From Trichodelitschia bisporula (lineage: Eukaryota), in the NCBI GenBank assembly GCA_010356995.1, contig ML996687.1, positions 559,803 through 623,802 on the forward strand: 64,000 nt of DNA, written 5' to 3'. The notes beneath the pieces are model-generated. The model saw only the letters and a program-made list of their open reading frames with translations, did not search any database and was not told the DNA's origin. The number at the start of each line of letters is the position of its first letter. The first letter of the stretch is position 1. Below, piece by piece: positions 24,368 through 36,719 of the stretch. Made by a program: the position numbers and the translations under genes.

Positions 24368-26801
24368 ACTTGTGGCCACAAACTGGGCCAACCCTGCGAC
24401 AAGCAAGCAGATTCTCGTGTGCTCTTCACATGAGAGATTTAGTGGGAAGGAGTGGTACTTGCGGTGGAATGGACAGCCTTATCTTGACAGCAATTAGCGG
24501 GCATCTCATGGGATATTTTTACGGCGCATCATCGGGGGGGAAATATGATACCACGGGGCATGGGAGGGAAAGGCGAATTGAAACTTGTTGTCACCCAAAT
24601 ATGTTATGGCTTGCATACTCTAAAGTGTTGCGCGGTCCCCAGCGTTGGGCTTTTTCCTTTGCGGTTGTGTTTACGGTGGGCTTTGTTTGTAACCTCATTC
24701 AAGTCTGCTTCTCTTCTCCTTCATCGCTTGTGCAAGTGCCTTTACTATTTGGCTTCTTTGTAACTTGATTTCGCCCGTAAGGTGTACCTCCAGTCTGTTC
24801 CGTTCCTAAAGCTTCGTGCAAGCTTCGTCCATGCGTAAGGGAGCCTTGACATAGTTCTGCATATGATTCTGCAAGCTCTCCTCGTTCCACACTGAGCGTA
24901 TCGTGTCAAAAAAAATCTGCAGTGCAGGCAAAACGCTCGCGCACTAACTTCGCACCGGTCGCAAGCTTTCACACGCAAGGCCAACCTCTCCAAGGCGAGC
25001 TGCAGTTAGGAAAACATGAATGCAATTCAGTTCTCTATCCCACAACTTTCCCTCCACCAGTAACCAGTGCAACGGCATCAAAATCGGCCCATTCCATCTC
25101 CTAAGAAGTGCAAGAAAATGAAATTCGCAACTTCACGCGATGGTTTCCCGTCTCTCCGCCCTCCGCATCCAAGTCGTCTGAATAAGCTTCCCCTAGCGCA
25201 CGGGCCGTCTATGCAGGCCTCTGTGGAACCAGTGGGGATCCGTGCTTTGCGGAGCCCCGGTTCAGCCGTGCCCCGCTATTTTTTGAGGGGATCGTAACAT
25301 GTATGCGAGTTACTGGAGGAAGGAACTGCCCGGTCCGATGAGTCTACGATACCGGTAGTGGGTGACTCAGAGCGGCTTTGCTGCATTTAGGGAGTTTGTG
25401 GGAGGATAGGAGGGCTGAACGGAAAATGGTAAGTTCAGCGGATGACGTGTGCTGGACACAAGTATCGATGTTCGGCGTCGATTTTTCTTCCTGCCTTTTA
25501 CAACATTACTCAACCGTCGCTCAGCCATCACCTATCGATATACTTCCTCGCCCAAATTTCACCATCACAAGATCGTCACTAAGATGTCGTATTTCACAAC
25601 TTATCCCCCCTCCCTCTTGAGATGCTGAACGTTGTGTCATTGACGTTCTGGAGGGCGATTGCGCTATGCGGACCAACTGTGAACAAGAGCATTGGGGCAG
25701 GCCACCCGACCATATGGTGCGCCGTCCACGCACACTCTGCTGTGTACGTTTAGGGCAGCGATGGCACATGGTCGAGGAAGTTAAATTCAGGCTGCAGTTT
25801 GTCATTTCGGCGGATGGCGCGGTGTATAGTCGCTCAGAGCCGTCTATCTCCTGGTGGTTCTCCTGGGCTTCTTCCTCGCTTGTTTGATAGAAAGATTGTC
25901 GATTGCGTTGATGCGCAAGTTTTCCCACCCAGTACCATGCAATGACTAACTGTAGCAGTTTCAAAATCGCCATGGTGCTTCCCTCCTACTTATATACTAA
26001 GTTCCTCGCTCCGCTCACTGCAGGCGCTACAGGACTTCAGTGATCCGTCGGGGTTCCCTCATGAACCGTGCACTCTGCCTTTCTGTGAGCGGAGCACCAC
26101 TCGTTTGTTGCCCTCCCTATCCGTCAGCTTCCACCAACCAGATCATTAGCACTGTGAACGACGCGAAAAGCGACAGACAGCTTATATACCATCTCCCACA
26201 CTCGATTGCCAGTCGTTGTTTCCCAGCAATCATTTACGACGAGCATCATCAACCTTCAACCACCAAACTGAAAGATTATATAGACTTTAGCAGGAGGAAG
26301 ACGCCCGGATCTGGCAGCTGGCTGACGAAACGAAAACCCGGCCGCTGACGGACATGAAGAAGATATTTTTTTACCTCTAGAAGCAAATAAGCTTTCCAAC
26401 AGCACTCTGCTTTCGCCGTGACCCTGCGCAGGATATTGTTCGCTGTTCCACAGCTTCCAGAGCACCTCCTGTTCGCAAACCGCGATCATCTCGAACAAAG
26501 TCAACAAGTCCAGATATCCACGAATGTATAATTAGCTTTCTTACATGTAAATATTAATCAACCATCGCCTCCGTCATCCTGTGTCTACGGAGTATTTCCC
26601 TCCCAAAAACTCCCCGCACAGCCTCGCCCCTCAGACCGTGACATCACCAACGCCACCGCCAAGCTCCAGCCGCCTTCCTTTGTCAGCACCGCCAGGTCCC
26701 GCTTGGCGGCGCAAGCTGTCCTTTTTGAATTCGCAAAATCACCACCTCGAGGCTGAAGCTCAATACACCCTCACCAAGCGGCACACATCAACACCGCAAT
26801 C

Positions 26802-28012
26802 ATGACTCGCATATCGACTCTCCTCGTTGCATTTTCGGCCGCATGGGTTGCCGCCGCCGGCTCTGCCGTCATCGACCTCATCCCCAGCAACTTCGACGAT
26901 ATTGTGCTGAAGTCCGGAAAGCCGGCGCTGGTGGAGTTTTTCGCGCCATGGTGTGGTCGTTAGTCTTCCTGGTCCTATCGTACAAACACAAGCTAATTAC
27001 TCTCCAGATTGCAAGACCCTGGCCCCCATCTACGAGGAACTCGCGCAAAAGTTCCAGTTCGCAGAAGACAAGGTCGTGATCGCGAAGGTTGACGCAGACG
27101 AGCACAAGGATCTGGGCCGCCGCTTTGGCGTCCAGGGCTTCCCTACGCTTAAATGGTTCGACGGCAAGAGCAAGGACCCGGTTGACTACAAATCGGGCCG
27201 CGATCTCGACAGCCTGAGCGCATTTATCAGCGAGAAGACTGGCATCAAGGCGCGCACCGCGCCCAAACCCCCCAGCAATGTCGTCATGCTGTCGGACCAG
27301 AGCTTCAAGACACTCATCGGGGGCGACAAGAACGTGCTGGTGGCGTTTACCGCGCCGTGGTGCGGACGTAAGTCTTCACCGCCTCCCGCGGAAAGTTCCC
27401 CGCTAACATACGCACGCAGACTGCAAAACCCTCGCGCCCATCTGGGAAGCCCTCGCCACGACCTTTAAGCTCGAGCCCAACGTCGTCATCGCCAAGGTCG
27501 ACGCCGAGGCACCGGAGTCCAAGCAGACGGCCCAGGACCAGGGCGTCACCGGCTACCCGACCATCATGTACTTCCCCGCGGGCTCGAAGGAGCCGAAGGC
27601 GTACGGGGGCGGGCGCGTCGAGACTGCCTTCGTCGAGTTCCTTAACGAGAATGCGGGCACGCACCGCGTAGCGGGCGGCGGGCTGACGGCGGCGGCGGGC
27701 ACGATCGCCACGCTCGACGCCCTGGTGCAGAAGGCGCTGGGCGCGGGCAAGGACCTGGGCTCCATTGCGGACGATCTCGTTGCCGCGGCCAAGAAGGAGG
27801 CTGATCCGCTTGCGGCGTACTATGGTCGCGTTGCCGGGAAGGTCAAGAGCAATGCTGGGTATGTAAAGAAGGAGCTTGGTCGTCTGGAGGGGATTCTGAA
27901 GAAGGGTGGGCTTGCGCCTGAGAAGGTGGATGAGTTGACGAAGCGTGCGAATGTGCTGCGGAAGTTTGTTGTTGATGTTGCTGTTGGTGACGAGGAGAAG
28001 AGTGAGTTGTAA
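26802..28012 (+). CDS. tigA: Protein disulfide-isomerase, ERp38/TigA type
   Basis: Signal peptide, two thioredoxin domains with APWCGHC (each split by an intron), C-terminal ERp29-like helical domain, KSEL ER-retention-type end. Confidence 0.93.
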
Positions 28013-29782
28013 ATGGATGTGATGGATGTATGGGCGTTAGAGGCGGTGGTCCTATTGACTGTGATTGCTGACCGGCGGCCGGTATCATGGATAGCGTCAA
28101 TGCTTGAGAGTACGTAGGTTACGCGTCAATGGCATGGGTGTGCAATTCTACGAAGTACTGTGCGACATGATCATTCGAATCAGCCGAACTTGTGGTTCCC
28201 CAGATTTTGTAGCTGTGCGCTGGTCCGGTCGCGTGGTGCGGCCTCGTGTTTGTGTGACCCGACGTGCGTTTACATATTTCAGAGGGAGACGCCCGTTTGT
28301 CAAAGGGATCGAATGGTCGGAATCCGGGTCCGCGGGAAAATGTTAAATGTGACGATATCGTGCCCCTTGGAGAGTCTCCTGGCATGAAGATGGGGGTTGT
28401 GCTCAGTTAATCTGCTTCTGGTGATCGAGACTCAACGAGACTGCACGTCGCTTGAGACATTGACGACATTTGAAGGCTACCGGCAGCTATCGCTAAACAT
28501 GGCAGACGAGCTGCATAGCATACGAACTGCATGGCATTACGAGTCGCACAATCGGGCGAATTGACATCGACACGATCGGCCCCCACAACGACGATGATCA
28601 GCATCCAAGACTGACGATTGTGGCCGCATCTTGGCCCTGCTCCGCCTCCACACTTCGTCCTCTTCCTGAGGCTCCAGGAACCTTTGCTTCCCGAACCTCG
28701 TCGCCTGAGTCAAGCAAATGCACATGACGCAAGCACAAAGCTCACAACAAAACAGCATATGCAGGTGAAGACATTCTGGACCAAGACAGCCTTGCGTCTC
28801 TGAATCCTGCAGACTGAACCACGGCAACGCGGGAAAGATGAGGCTACGCTAGTCTAGCGCGTATCTTAATTGCTTTAGTTCAGATGGGGCGGCCGCTAGT
28901 GTGAACATCAGTAAGGCCTTCATATTCGAATGACGAGAGATGATTCGAGGTAGTATGGAGTACGGACGCCTGCAAGGGGCGGGAAATTGGGTGAGTGAGA
29001 TGGGTCTGGCCGTCTGAATATATTTTGCAGGGCTGGGGGGGTTGACCTGGTCGTCGGAGGCGAAACGGGTGAGATTTTGCTGGTGTTAATATCGGATGAA
29101 GTTTGAAGGTGGTGGGGCTGAATGTCAACACTGTGCGACGAGGCAAGTGTATGGGAGAGAGGGAGTTGCTCCACAGCTTTCGAATCATCACCAATGAAGA
29201 GAAGCAAGATTCGACTTTGCCTTCTGCCCTCAGTTACTACGGGTATCGCAGGAGCTGAGCCACCCTCGCAGCAGCTGAACCAGCTCAGAACCCAGCGCAC
29301 CCAGTGCCTGTCCTGATTATCCCAGCTCGGCAACCCCTCTCCCGCATCAGTACGGTACAGCGCAACACCATGATCGTGTTTACAGCCGCCAATCACAAAC
29401 CCCTCACGTCAAAACGCCCCTCTTTTTTTGGGCCACCACAGGAAGCATAAGGCTGGACCACTCCATCATACCCCAGACGCCCCCCGCGCCGTGCCGTATG
29501 TGGCGCGCCACGGGTGGAACCAAAGCTGAACCGCATGCAAGGCGGGACGCTCAGGGCAGTCTTCTTGGTGTGTCGCCCGAGGCCGTATCGGGGGTGGTTG
29601 GTCTGCCATGCGGCGATCGCGCCGGTCAGTGGGGCAAAGCCGGGGGGTGGAGATGAAATGGGGCGCCTGTCGATGGGATATTAAACACCACACTTCCCGC
29701 TTTGATCGGGAGGCTAGGTCGACCCACGATTTTGCCCCCATTTATCCCGCTCACTTTGCGCTGTCATTCGTTTCGATTCGCG

Positions 29783-32377
29783 ATGCGAACAATCCTCCTC
29801 GGCGCGCTGGTTACGCTGGGTGTTGCGGCGAGGCGGCCGGGGGTGTATCATGCGCACAATATTGAGGGAAGGGGGCTCGTGGGGGATGGGCTACAAATCC
29901 GAGATTATGCATCACCGGAATCAGAAGAGGAGTTGACGGACGATGGAAAAGGAGGACGGGCTGCGCCGGATGATAGGTGGAACGCCGGCCCGAGCGCGCA
30001 GCCCTACGGGTATCCGGCTTCGAAGTCTGCGGGAACGGCGACAACGCAGCCAAGCGCATCGGGTTACAGCCCTTCGGCCTCGGCCCCGACCGTGGTATCT
30101 CCCTCACCATCCGGCACCAACTCCACCGGCTCCTGCGGCTACTGGTACGAATCCATCCCCAAACTCGGCATTGCCCCACTCGCCGACCCCGGCTACGCCG
30201 TGTACCGCAACGTGCGGGATTTCGGTGCGGTTGGCGACGGCGTGAGCGACGACACGGCTGCGATCAACACCGCGATCAGCAGCGGGAACCGGTGTGCGCC
30301 GGGGGTGTGTGGATCGACCACGCGCACGCCTGCGGTGGTGTATTTCCCACCCGGAACCTATCTGATCTCCGCGCCAATCATTGACTACTACTACACCCAA
30401 ATCATCGGAAATCCGAACTGCTTGCCCGTGATCAAGGCGGCGACGACGTTTCAGGGAGACTACATCCTGGATGGTGATCCATACATAAACGGCCAGCTGG
30501 GGTATGGCGCGACGAATATCTTCTGGCGGCAGGTGCGGAATCTGGTGCTAGATACACGAGCCGTGGCACCTGAGACGAACATCCGCGCCGTGCACTGGCC
30601 GACCGGACAGGCGACAAGTCTGCAAAACATCGTCTTCAAGCTCTCCGACGCCCCCGGAAGCCGGCATGAGGGTCTCTTCATCGAGCAAGGATCAGGCGGG
30701 CTTGTGACCGACCTAGTCTTCGAAGGCGGGCTGAACGGCCTCAATCTCGGCAATCAGCAATTTACCATGCGCAACCTAACTTTCACCAACGTCCAGACCG
30801 CCATCTTCCAGCAATGGGACTGGGGCTGGACATATACCGGGCTGGCCATCAAGAACTGCAGCGTGGGGCTGAACATGTCGTCCGCCAACCCCGCCGGCGC
30901 CTTAACCGTCAGCTCCGTCATCTTGATAGACAGCACCATCGTCGATACACCCATCGCCATTCTCACAGGCCGCACGCCCAACGCCAATCCCCCGGAGGCA
31001 AACAGCCTGATCGTCGAGAACCTAACCCTCCGCGATGTGGCTACTGCCGTCCAGGGTCCGAATGGCACCGTTCTCCTCGCTGGACCGGGGAGCGGCACAA
31101 GCATCACCCCCGCCTGGGCGCACGGCACACAGTACGACGCCTCAGGGCAGCGGACCGAGCTCGCGGACCCGATTGCGCCATTCCCGCGGCCCACTAGCCT
31201 GATCGACGCCTCGGGGCGCTTCTATGCGCGTTCTAAACCGCAGTACGAGAGGTACCCGGCAGGAGCATTCTTGTCTGCACGCGCGGCGGGCGCGGCGGGT
31301 GATGGGGTGGCGGATGATACGGAGGCGCTGAATGGCGTAATTTGGGCGGCCGTCGCGAAGGGCAAGGTTTTATTCCTCGAGGCGGGGACGTACCGCGTCA
31401 CCAAGACGATTTATATCCCCGCCGGAGCCCGGATTGTCGGCGAGGCTTATCCCGTAATCCTCTCGTCTGGGGATTTCTTCGCTGACGTCAACAATCCCCA
31501 GCCCGTGGTCCAGGTTGGCAAGGCGGGTGACGTCGGTCAGGTTGAGTGGAGCGACACGATCGTGTCCACGCAGGGCGCGCAGGCGGGCGCCATCCTCATC
31601 CAATGGAAGCTGCAAGCACCAAGCACTGCGCCGAGCGGGCTGTGGGACGTGCATACGCGGATCGGGGGTTTTGCCGGCTCGCAGCTGCAGGTCGCCGAGT
31701 GCCCGAAGACGCCGAACGTTACTGTCGGGGAGGACGTTCCTCCGCAATGCATCGCCGCATTCATGGGGATGCACATCGCGCCCTCGGCTTCCGGCGTTTA
31801 CCTCGAGAATGTGTGGAACTGGGTAGCGGACCACGACGTCGAGGACGCGAGTCTGACGCAGATAACCGTGTATAGTGGGCGGGGTCTGTTGGTCGAGTCG
31901 GAGAGGGGTGGGATCTGGTTCGTCGGCACGTCGGTGGAGCACCACGTGCTCTACCAGTACCAGCTGCGCAGCACGCGCGACTTGTTCCTCGGGCAGATCC
32001 AGACGGAAACGGCGTACTACCAGCCCAATCCGCCAGCGGAGATACCGTTTGCGCCTGTCGCAGAGCTGGGCGATCCGGTGTTCAGCGGGAATGCGAGCGG
32101 ATGGGGACTACGGGTTGTGGATTCATCCAGTATCGGAATATATGGCGCCGGGCTTTACAGCTTCTTCACCAACTACGATGTGCACTGCTCGGACCAGGGG
32201 AATGGACGGACGCGCTGCCAGGACCGGATTTTGAGCGTGGAGAAGAGCAGCATTGTGTTGTACAACCTCAACACGGTGGGCGTGACGAACATGATCACGG
32301 CGGATGGAGTCGATGTGACAACCTTCCTGGATAATCCGAATGGGTTTGTGAGCACGGTGGCGCGGTTTTCGAGTTGA
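29783..32377 (+). CDS. GH55 exo-beta-1,3-glucanase (secreted)
   Basis: Signal peptide; YRNVRDFGAVGDGVSDDTAAIN, VYFPPGTY, HWPTGQATSLQN, QQFTMRNL, second GDGVADDT repeat, WVADHD, IQTETAYYQ. Confidence 0.95.
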   Translation: MRTILLGALVTLGVAARRPGVYHAHNIEGRGLVGDGLQIRDYASPESEEELTDDGKGGRAAPDDRWNAGPSAQPYGYPASKSAGTATTQPSASGYSPSASAPTVVSPSPSGTNSTGSCGYWYESIPKLGIAPLADPGYAVYRNVRDFGAVGDGVSDDTAAINTAISSGNRCAPGVCGSTTRTPAVVYFPPGTYLISAPIIDYYYTQIIGNPNCLPVIKAATTFQGDYILDGDPYINGQLGYGATNIFWRQVRNLVLDTRAVAPETNIRAVHWPTGQATSLQNIVFKLSDAPGSRHEGLFIEQGSGGLVTDLVFEGGLNGLNLGNQQFTMRNLTFTNVQTAIFQQWDWGWTYTGLAIKNCSVGLNMSSANPAGALTVSSVILIDSTIVDTPIAILTGRTPNANPPEANSLIVENLTLRDVATAVQGPNGTVLLAGPGSGTSITPAWAHGTQYDASGQRTELADPIAPFPRPTSLIDASGRFYARSKPQYERYPAGAFLSARAAGAAGDGVADDTEALNGVIWAAVAKGKVLFLEAGTYRVTKTIYIPAGARIVGEAYPVILSSGDFFADVNNPQPVVQVGKAGDVGQVEWSDTIVSTQGAQAGAILIQWKLQAPSTAPSGLWDVHTRIGGFAGSQLQVAECPKTPNVTVGEDVPPQCIAAFMGMHIAPSASGVYLENVWNWVADHDVEDASLTQITVYSGRGLLVESERGGIWFVGTSVEHHVLYQYQLRSTRDLFLGQIQTETAYYQPNPPAEIPFAPVAELGDPVFSGNASGWGLRVVDSSSIGIYGAGLYSFFTNYDVHCSDQGNGRTRCQDRILSVEKSSIVLYNLNTVGVTNMITADGVDVTTFLDNPNGFVSTVARFSS

Positions 32378-33275
32378 TATTAGTAATGTTTTAGATTTTG
32401 GATAGGGGCGAGGCCATACATGCTCTACTTCCTTCGTCACGTCTCGCTCAACTGGTTGTGTAGCTGGACTGCGATTCTGTGATTGAGCCTTCGCGACCTG
32501 TGACCCACGATGTGTTATCAACGCGAGGCAGAACTCACCGAGGGGCACACGCGTTCCTTCCTCCCCAAGCACCAACACCATCTCAGAGCCGGAAAACCCC
32601 CCATCGAGCTTCCAAGCCCCCCTCTCGCTTAAGGGGTATAAATACCCCCCTCCCCCTCCTCTCCTCGTCTTCTCTTCTTCATACAAAACGAAGGTCAGGG
32701 CTGCCGCGCTTAAGAATGCGGAGCCTGCCAGGACACCCCCCGCATTGCACAGCGTGGGGAGGTGTACTGGTATGGGTCTCTGGCAAGGGACCACACTAGC
32801 ACAATTTTTGATGGCATACTTTCTTTTCATTGATATGTTCGCCTTTGTGCGGGCTGTTGAGGAAGAGTCGGGGCAAACCTGCGCAAAGAACAGGGTGCCC
32901 GAAGAGACACCTTCAAGCATCAATACTATTCTGGGAGAGTCGGTCGAGGAAAATATACTGTGCTGTTATGTGGTCGGCTTCGATGCCGTTCGACTAAATA
33001 TCAGTTCATCCTGAGAAGCACTTAGCAACAAAGATGTGAATGTGATTGGTAATATCAGGTCAAAGACAGAGCAAGGGGACATGAGATTCTTCTCCAACAT
33101 TAGTACAAGCATATACAGCCAGGACGAGTGTGCTTACGGGTATCTTCGCTAACAAACAGGTCACGCATCACTTCTTCCACGCCCAGTTCTTGACATCAAA
33201 GTGCACCTTGGATTCGGCCGCCGATTTGTCGACTGGAACAGCCATTAGCTAACATATATGATACAATGGGCAAAC

Positions 33276-34693
33276 TCAGGCCGTACGCTTCTTTCCCGAA
33301 TCTCCTCCGGCCATCTCCTTCGCCCTTTTAGCCTGCTTCTTTGCCTTTCGCCCCTTCGCCGGGGTTGTTTCAGCCGGCTCTGCCTCAACTGGCGTTGTGC
33401 CCGGCATCTCTAGGATTTTCTTGATGTCGCCGAGCATCTTCGCCTTCTGCCCGTACACTGTCTCTTCATCCGCCTCCTTCTTCGCCTCTTCACACTCCCT
33501 GTCAATCTGCTCCGATATACGCCGCTTTTTCTCCGCCTTCTCCACCGCACGCTTGGCATCAGCCAGCTTCTGTCCCTTTATCCGGTTCGACATCGGCGCG
33601 TCGGGGTCGCTCTTGCGTTTCTTGCTCCTCGGCTCGACCGGCTTCGGCACCGTGTCCAAGACTTGGTCCTCATCCGTCCACAGCTCCTCGGTCAACCAAA
33701 TTGGCAACGCCGCGCTGTCGGGCGTCTTGATGTGGATTGCACGGACGTTGTGCCAGCCCTTGGGGATGAAACGGCTTGTTAAACCTTCGACGACAGTGTC
33801 AACGTTAGCAACGAGGTGCTCCGCCGGCCAGCTCGCCCAGCCGACTCTGACGGAGGTGGTGGGAGATTGTGAAAGATGAACAAGGGTGGAGTCAAGGGCC
33901 TTCTGGATGGCAGCGCCAACGTCCGCCGGCGCACCAATGGTGGGCGGGCCGCCTTCCTCCTTGGTGCGCTTCGGCTTCGGCTTGAGAGGGTCCTTCTTTT
34001 CATCCTTCTTTCCCCACGTCTCCTTGCCCGTTAAGCATACTGGTACCGGGCGCTTCGTGGTTGAGCGGTAGAAGGTACTTCCAAGCACAGTCGGCAGCAT
34101 GTGTACGATGCGCTCATCAGCTAGGAACATGTCGTGCTCGGCTAATAGCTGACGCCGTCCTTCGAACGCGCGGAACTTGGACTTGATCTTGCCCATGGAG
34201 ACGACCTTCACAATTTGCTTTGCGAGGTCCGCTGGGAAAAGCGGGCTTTTGACAAGTTCCTTGTATACCTTGGTGTTCGACGCGGGCGGGTCGGCGGTGA
34301 TGATGCATATCCGTTGAGATGCGCCTTGCCAGAGAGAGTGAGGTACAGGACTGTGCGGTTAGCAATCAGTGGGCGACAATTAGAATGGGGCCTCGCGTAC
34401 ATCTTGCCTGGCTTTCTGCGCAAGTTAGCGACGTACCCTCAACAGCGGCATACAACGTACAGTTTCTTAGTATCTGAGATGTGCTTCTTGGCCGTCATCA
34501 CGAGCCAGATGGGCACCTCTTTCCCAGTTGATTCTTCATCCTCCTCGAGCAGACTCGGCTTCTTCTCCTCAGTTTTGGATGCCCGCTCAACGTGCGACTT
34601 GAGCGCCTGGACAGCGCGGAGAGTCTGTGCCTTGTCAAGCGAGTACGGCGAGCGCGATTGAGGCTTCTCGACAACTGGGGTGGAGGAAGCCAT
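33276..34693 (-). CDS. Ribosomal-protein-L1-domain nucleolar protein (CIC1/UTP30/RSL1D1-like)
   Basis: PIWLVMTAKKHI, ICIITADP, KFRAFEGRRQLLAEHDMFLADERI, PKGWHNVRAIHIKTPDSAALPIW, basic tail; two introns flanking a 15-nt micro-exon. Confidence 0.88.
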
Positions 34694-34767
34694 GATTGGG
34701 GGTGTAATGTGAAATGGAGCGAGATGGTGATATTCAGCTCTCGCGTCGCGGCTTGCAAAAAGTTCAC

Positions 34768-34928
34768 CTGAAAATTTCGAGCCGGGGTCTGAGATGCCAA
34801 GGGGCCAGGGTTCCCTGGCTCGTCGCGACTTCGGCGGAAAAAGAGCTTAACTGGACGCCAGGAGGGGCTCCTCCCCGCCAGGCTTCAACATCCCGCATTG
34901 CGACAAGTTTGCTGGTCTGAAAATTTCG
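34768..34928. promoter_or_regulatory. Two identical RRPE-like CTGAAAATTTCG motifs in divergent promoter
   Basis: Exact 12-mers at 34768-34779 and 34917-34928 between the L1-domain gene and SER2. Confidence 0.5.
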
Positions 34929-35031
34929 TTCTCTATCTGTCTTTAAGTCACTGTCAATCTCTATCTACAGCCGGCTATCGCCGTGTCTCTCTTGGTCGTA
35001 TCTCCGATCCTTACCGCTCCAAAACGTTGAA

Positions 35032-36045
35032 ATGACCGAACCAGCCTGGCACGAGTATGTAGCGACGCTCTTCTACAAGTCTCCATCCACAAGCGTCCAA
35101 CAACTGAAGGAGCTCTCCAAGAGCAACATCGTACAGAGCTTCGTGACGCCGGCGGCGTTGGCAGAATTTGAGGAAGTTCTCGGCCGTATCGCCACGGTCT
35201 CCTCCACCACAAAGCGCGCCCTGGACTCCAAGGATTCGCCCTACGTCGTCGAGGTCATCTTCACGACACCCACCGCCGTGGACATCGAGCATATGCGCAA
35301 GAACGAAGATGTCAAGCATTTTGAGTATGCATTCAAGATCGAGACTGTTTTCCAGTTGGGTGGCGCTTTCCGCCGGCACAAGCGCCTCGCTGTCTTCGAC
35401 ATGGACAGCACGCTCATCCAGCAGGAAGTCATTGATGAGATTGCGGCGAAAATCGGTGTACAAAGCGAAGTGGCTGCCATCACAGAGCGTGCCATGAATG
35501 GCGAGCTCGACTTTGAGGGATCGCTGCGTCAGCGCTGCGGCCTACTGGCCGGTGTGTCGAGCAACGTGTGGGAGGAGCTCAAGAGCGTCATCACACTGAG
35601 TCCCGGCGCGCAGGACCTCGTGCGCGCGCTCAAGCGTTTGGGATACAAGACTGCTGTTCTCAGCGGCGGGTTCACACCGCTGGCAACATGGTTGGCCGGT
35701 GAGCTAGGCCTCGACTACGTCCACGCCAACCATTTGGTCGTCAGCGAGGACGGGCAGACTCTCACTGGCGAGCTCACTGGGGATATTGTGCACGCCGAGC
35801 GCAAGCGCGACTTGGTGCGGGAGATCGCCGCTAAGGAGGGCATTACCCTAAGCCAGGTGTTGACCGTGGGTGATGGCGCCAACGACCTCCCCATGCTGGG
35901 AATTGCAGGGCTTGGTGTTGCATTCAACGCGAAGCCGCGAGTACAGGAGCTTGCCCCGACGCGCTTAAACACTTCCAGCCTTTTCGATGTGCTGTACCTC
36001 CTCGGCTTCTCCCGCGTAGAGCGCCAAGAGCTGTTGTCATCCTGA
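35032..36045 (+). CDS. SER2: Phosphoserine phosphatase (HAD family)
   Basis: FDMDSTLIQQEVIDE, ITERAMNGELDF, VLSGGF, VGDGANDLPML, AFNAKP. Confidence 0.96.
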   Translation: MTEPAWHEYVATLFYKSPSTSVQQLKELSKSNIVQSFVTPAALAEFEEVLGRIATVSSTTKRALDSKDSPYVVEVIFTTPTAVDIEHMRKNEDVKHFEYAFKIETVFQLGGAFRRHKRLAVFDMDSTLIQQEVIDEIAAKIGVQSEVAAITERAMNGELDFEGSLRQRCGLLAGVSSNVWEELKSVITLSPGAQDLVRALKRLGYKTAVLSGGFTPLATWLAGELGLDYVHANHLVVSEDGQTLTGELTGDIVHAERKRDLVREIAAKEGITLSQVLTVGDGANDLPMLGIAGLGVAFNAKPRVQELAPTRLNTSSLFDVLYLLGFSRVERQELLSS

Positions 36046-36719
36046 ATATGAGACACCAACCGTCCATTATCCACTTACTGCATCTGAAGATCTGGAAGGT
36101 TATCGGTCCTGAATGTAGATGTTCTCAGATCTCAAAAGCCGCAACCATCTGCCCTCCACCTCCCGTTTCGAGCGGGCCGCGGAGTGGTCTGAACCCATAT
36201 CCGCTCCGGTAGCCGGAAATTGTGGAACTGCCCCAGTGCCGGTCTGGCCTGTCCAACGTTTGGAGATTCCGAACGTACGAATGATGGTGCCCCGAAGTCC
36301 GGCCCATCGGATTTTCGTGCGTATGGGAGCGTGGTTGCAATATACCTCCTCACATTTCGCCAAGGCTCTCATTTGGCTACCCTGTGCGTTTTGTCTTTAT
36401 GATCAACGTCTTGTTCATTCTGCCCCGCCCTCCCAATGCGTCGATCTGGGTGGGTGCGCTTTGCTGCAGACGCCCATCCCTGTTCAGCCTTGAGGTGAGA
36501 TTGATTGCAATAGCATCTCCTCGCTCAACACTTGCTCTATAGCGTGCGAGTGACTGTGCTCCATAGCTCCTGCAATCAATAATCTCCTGACCTTGCCTGT
36601 GTCTCTCGGCCGAGTGCGTTAATGTTGAAGCTTTATAAACCCCCGCGGGATGCAGGAATGTAGTGTGTTTTCAGCAGCGGGGTTACCTTCATCCGCATTC
36701 CTTACTCTTCGTTGCAATC

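Noticed and set aside
32700..33250. Intron-like signals on the minus strand between GH55 and the L1-domain gene
   Set aside because: Could not assemble an open spliced frame; may be UTR or chance.
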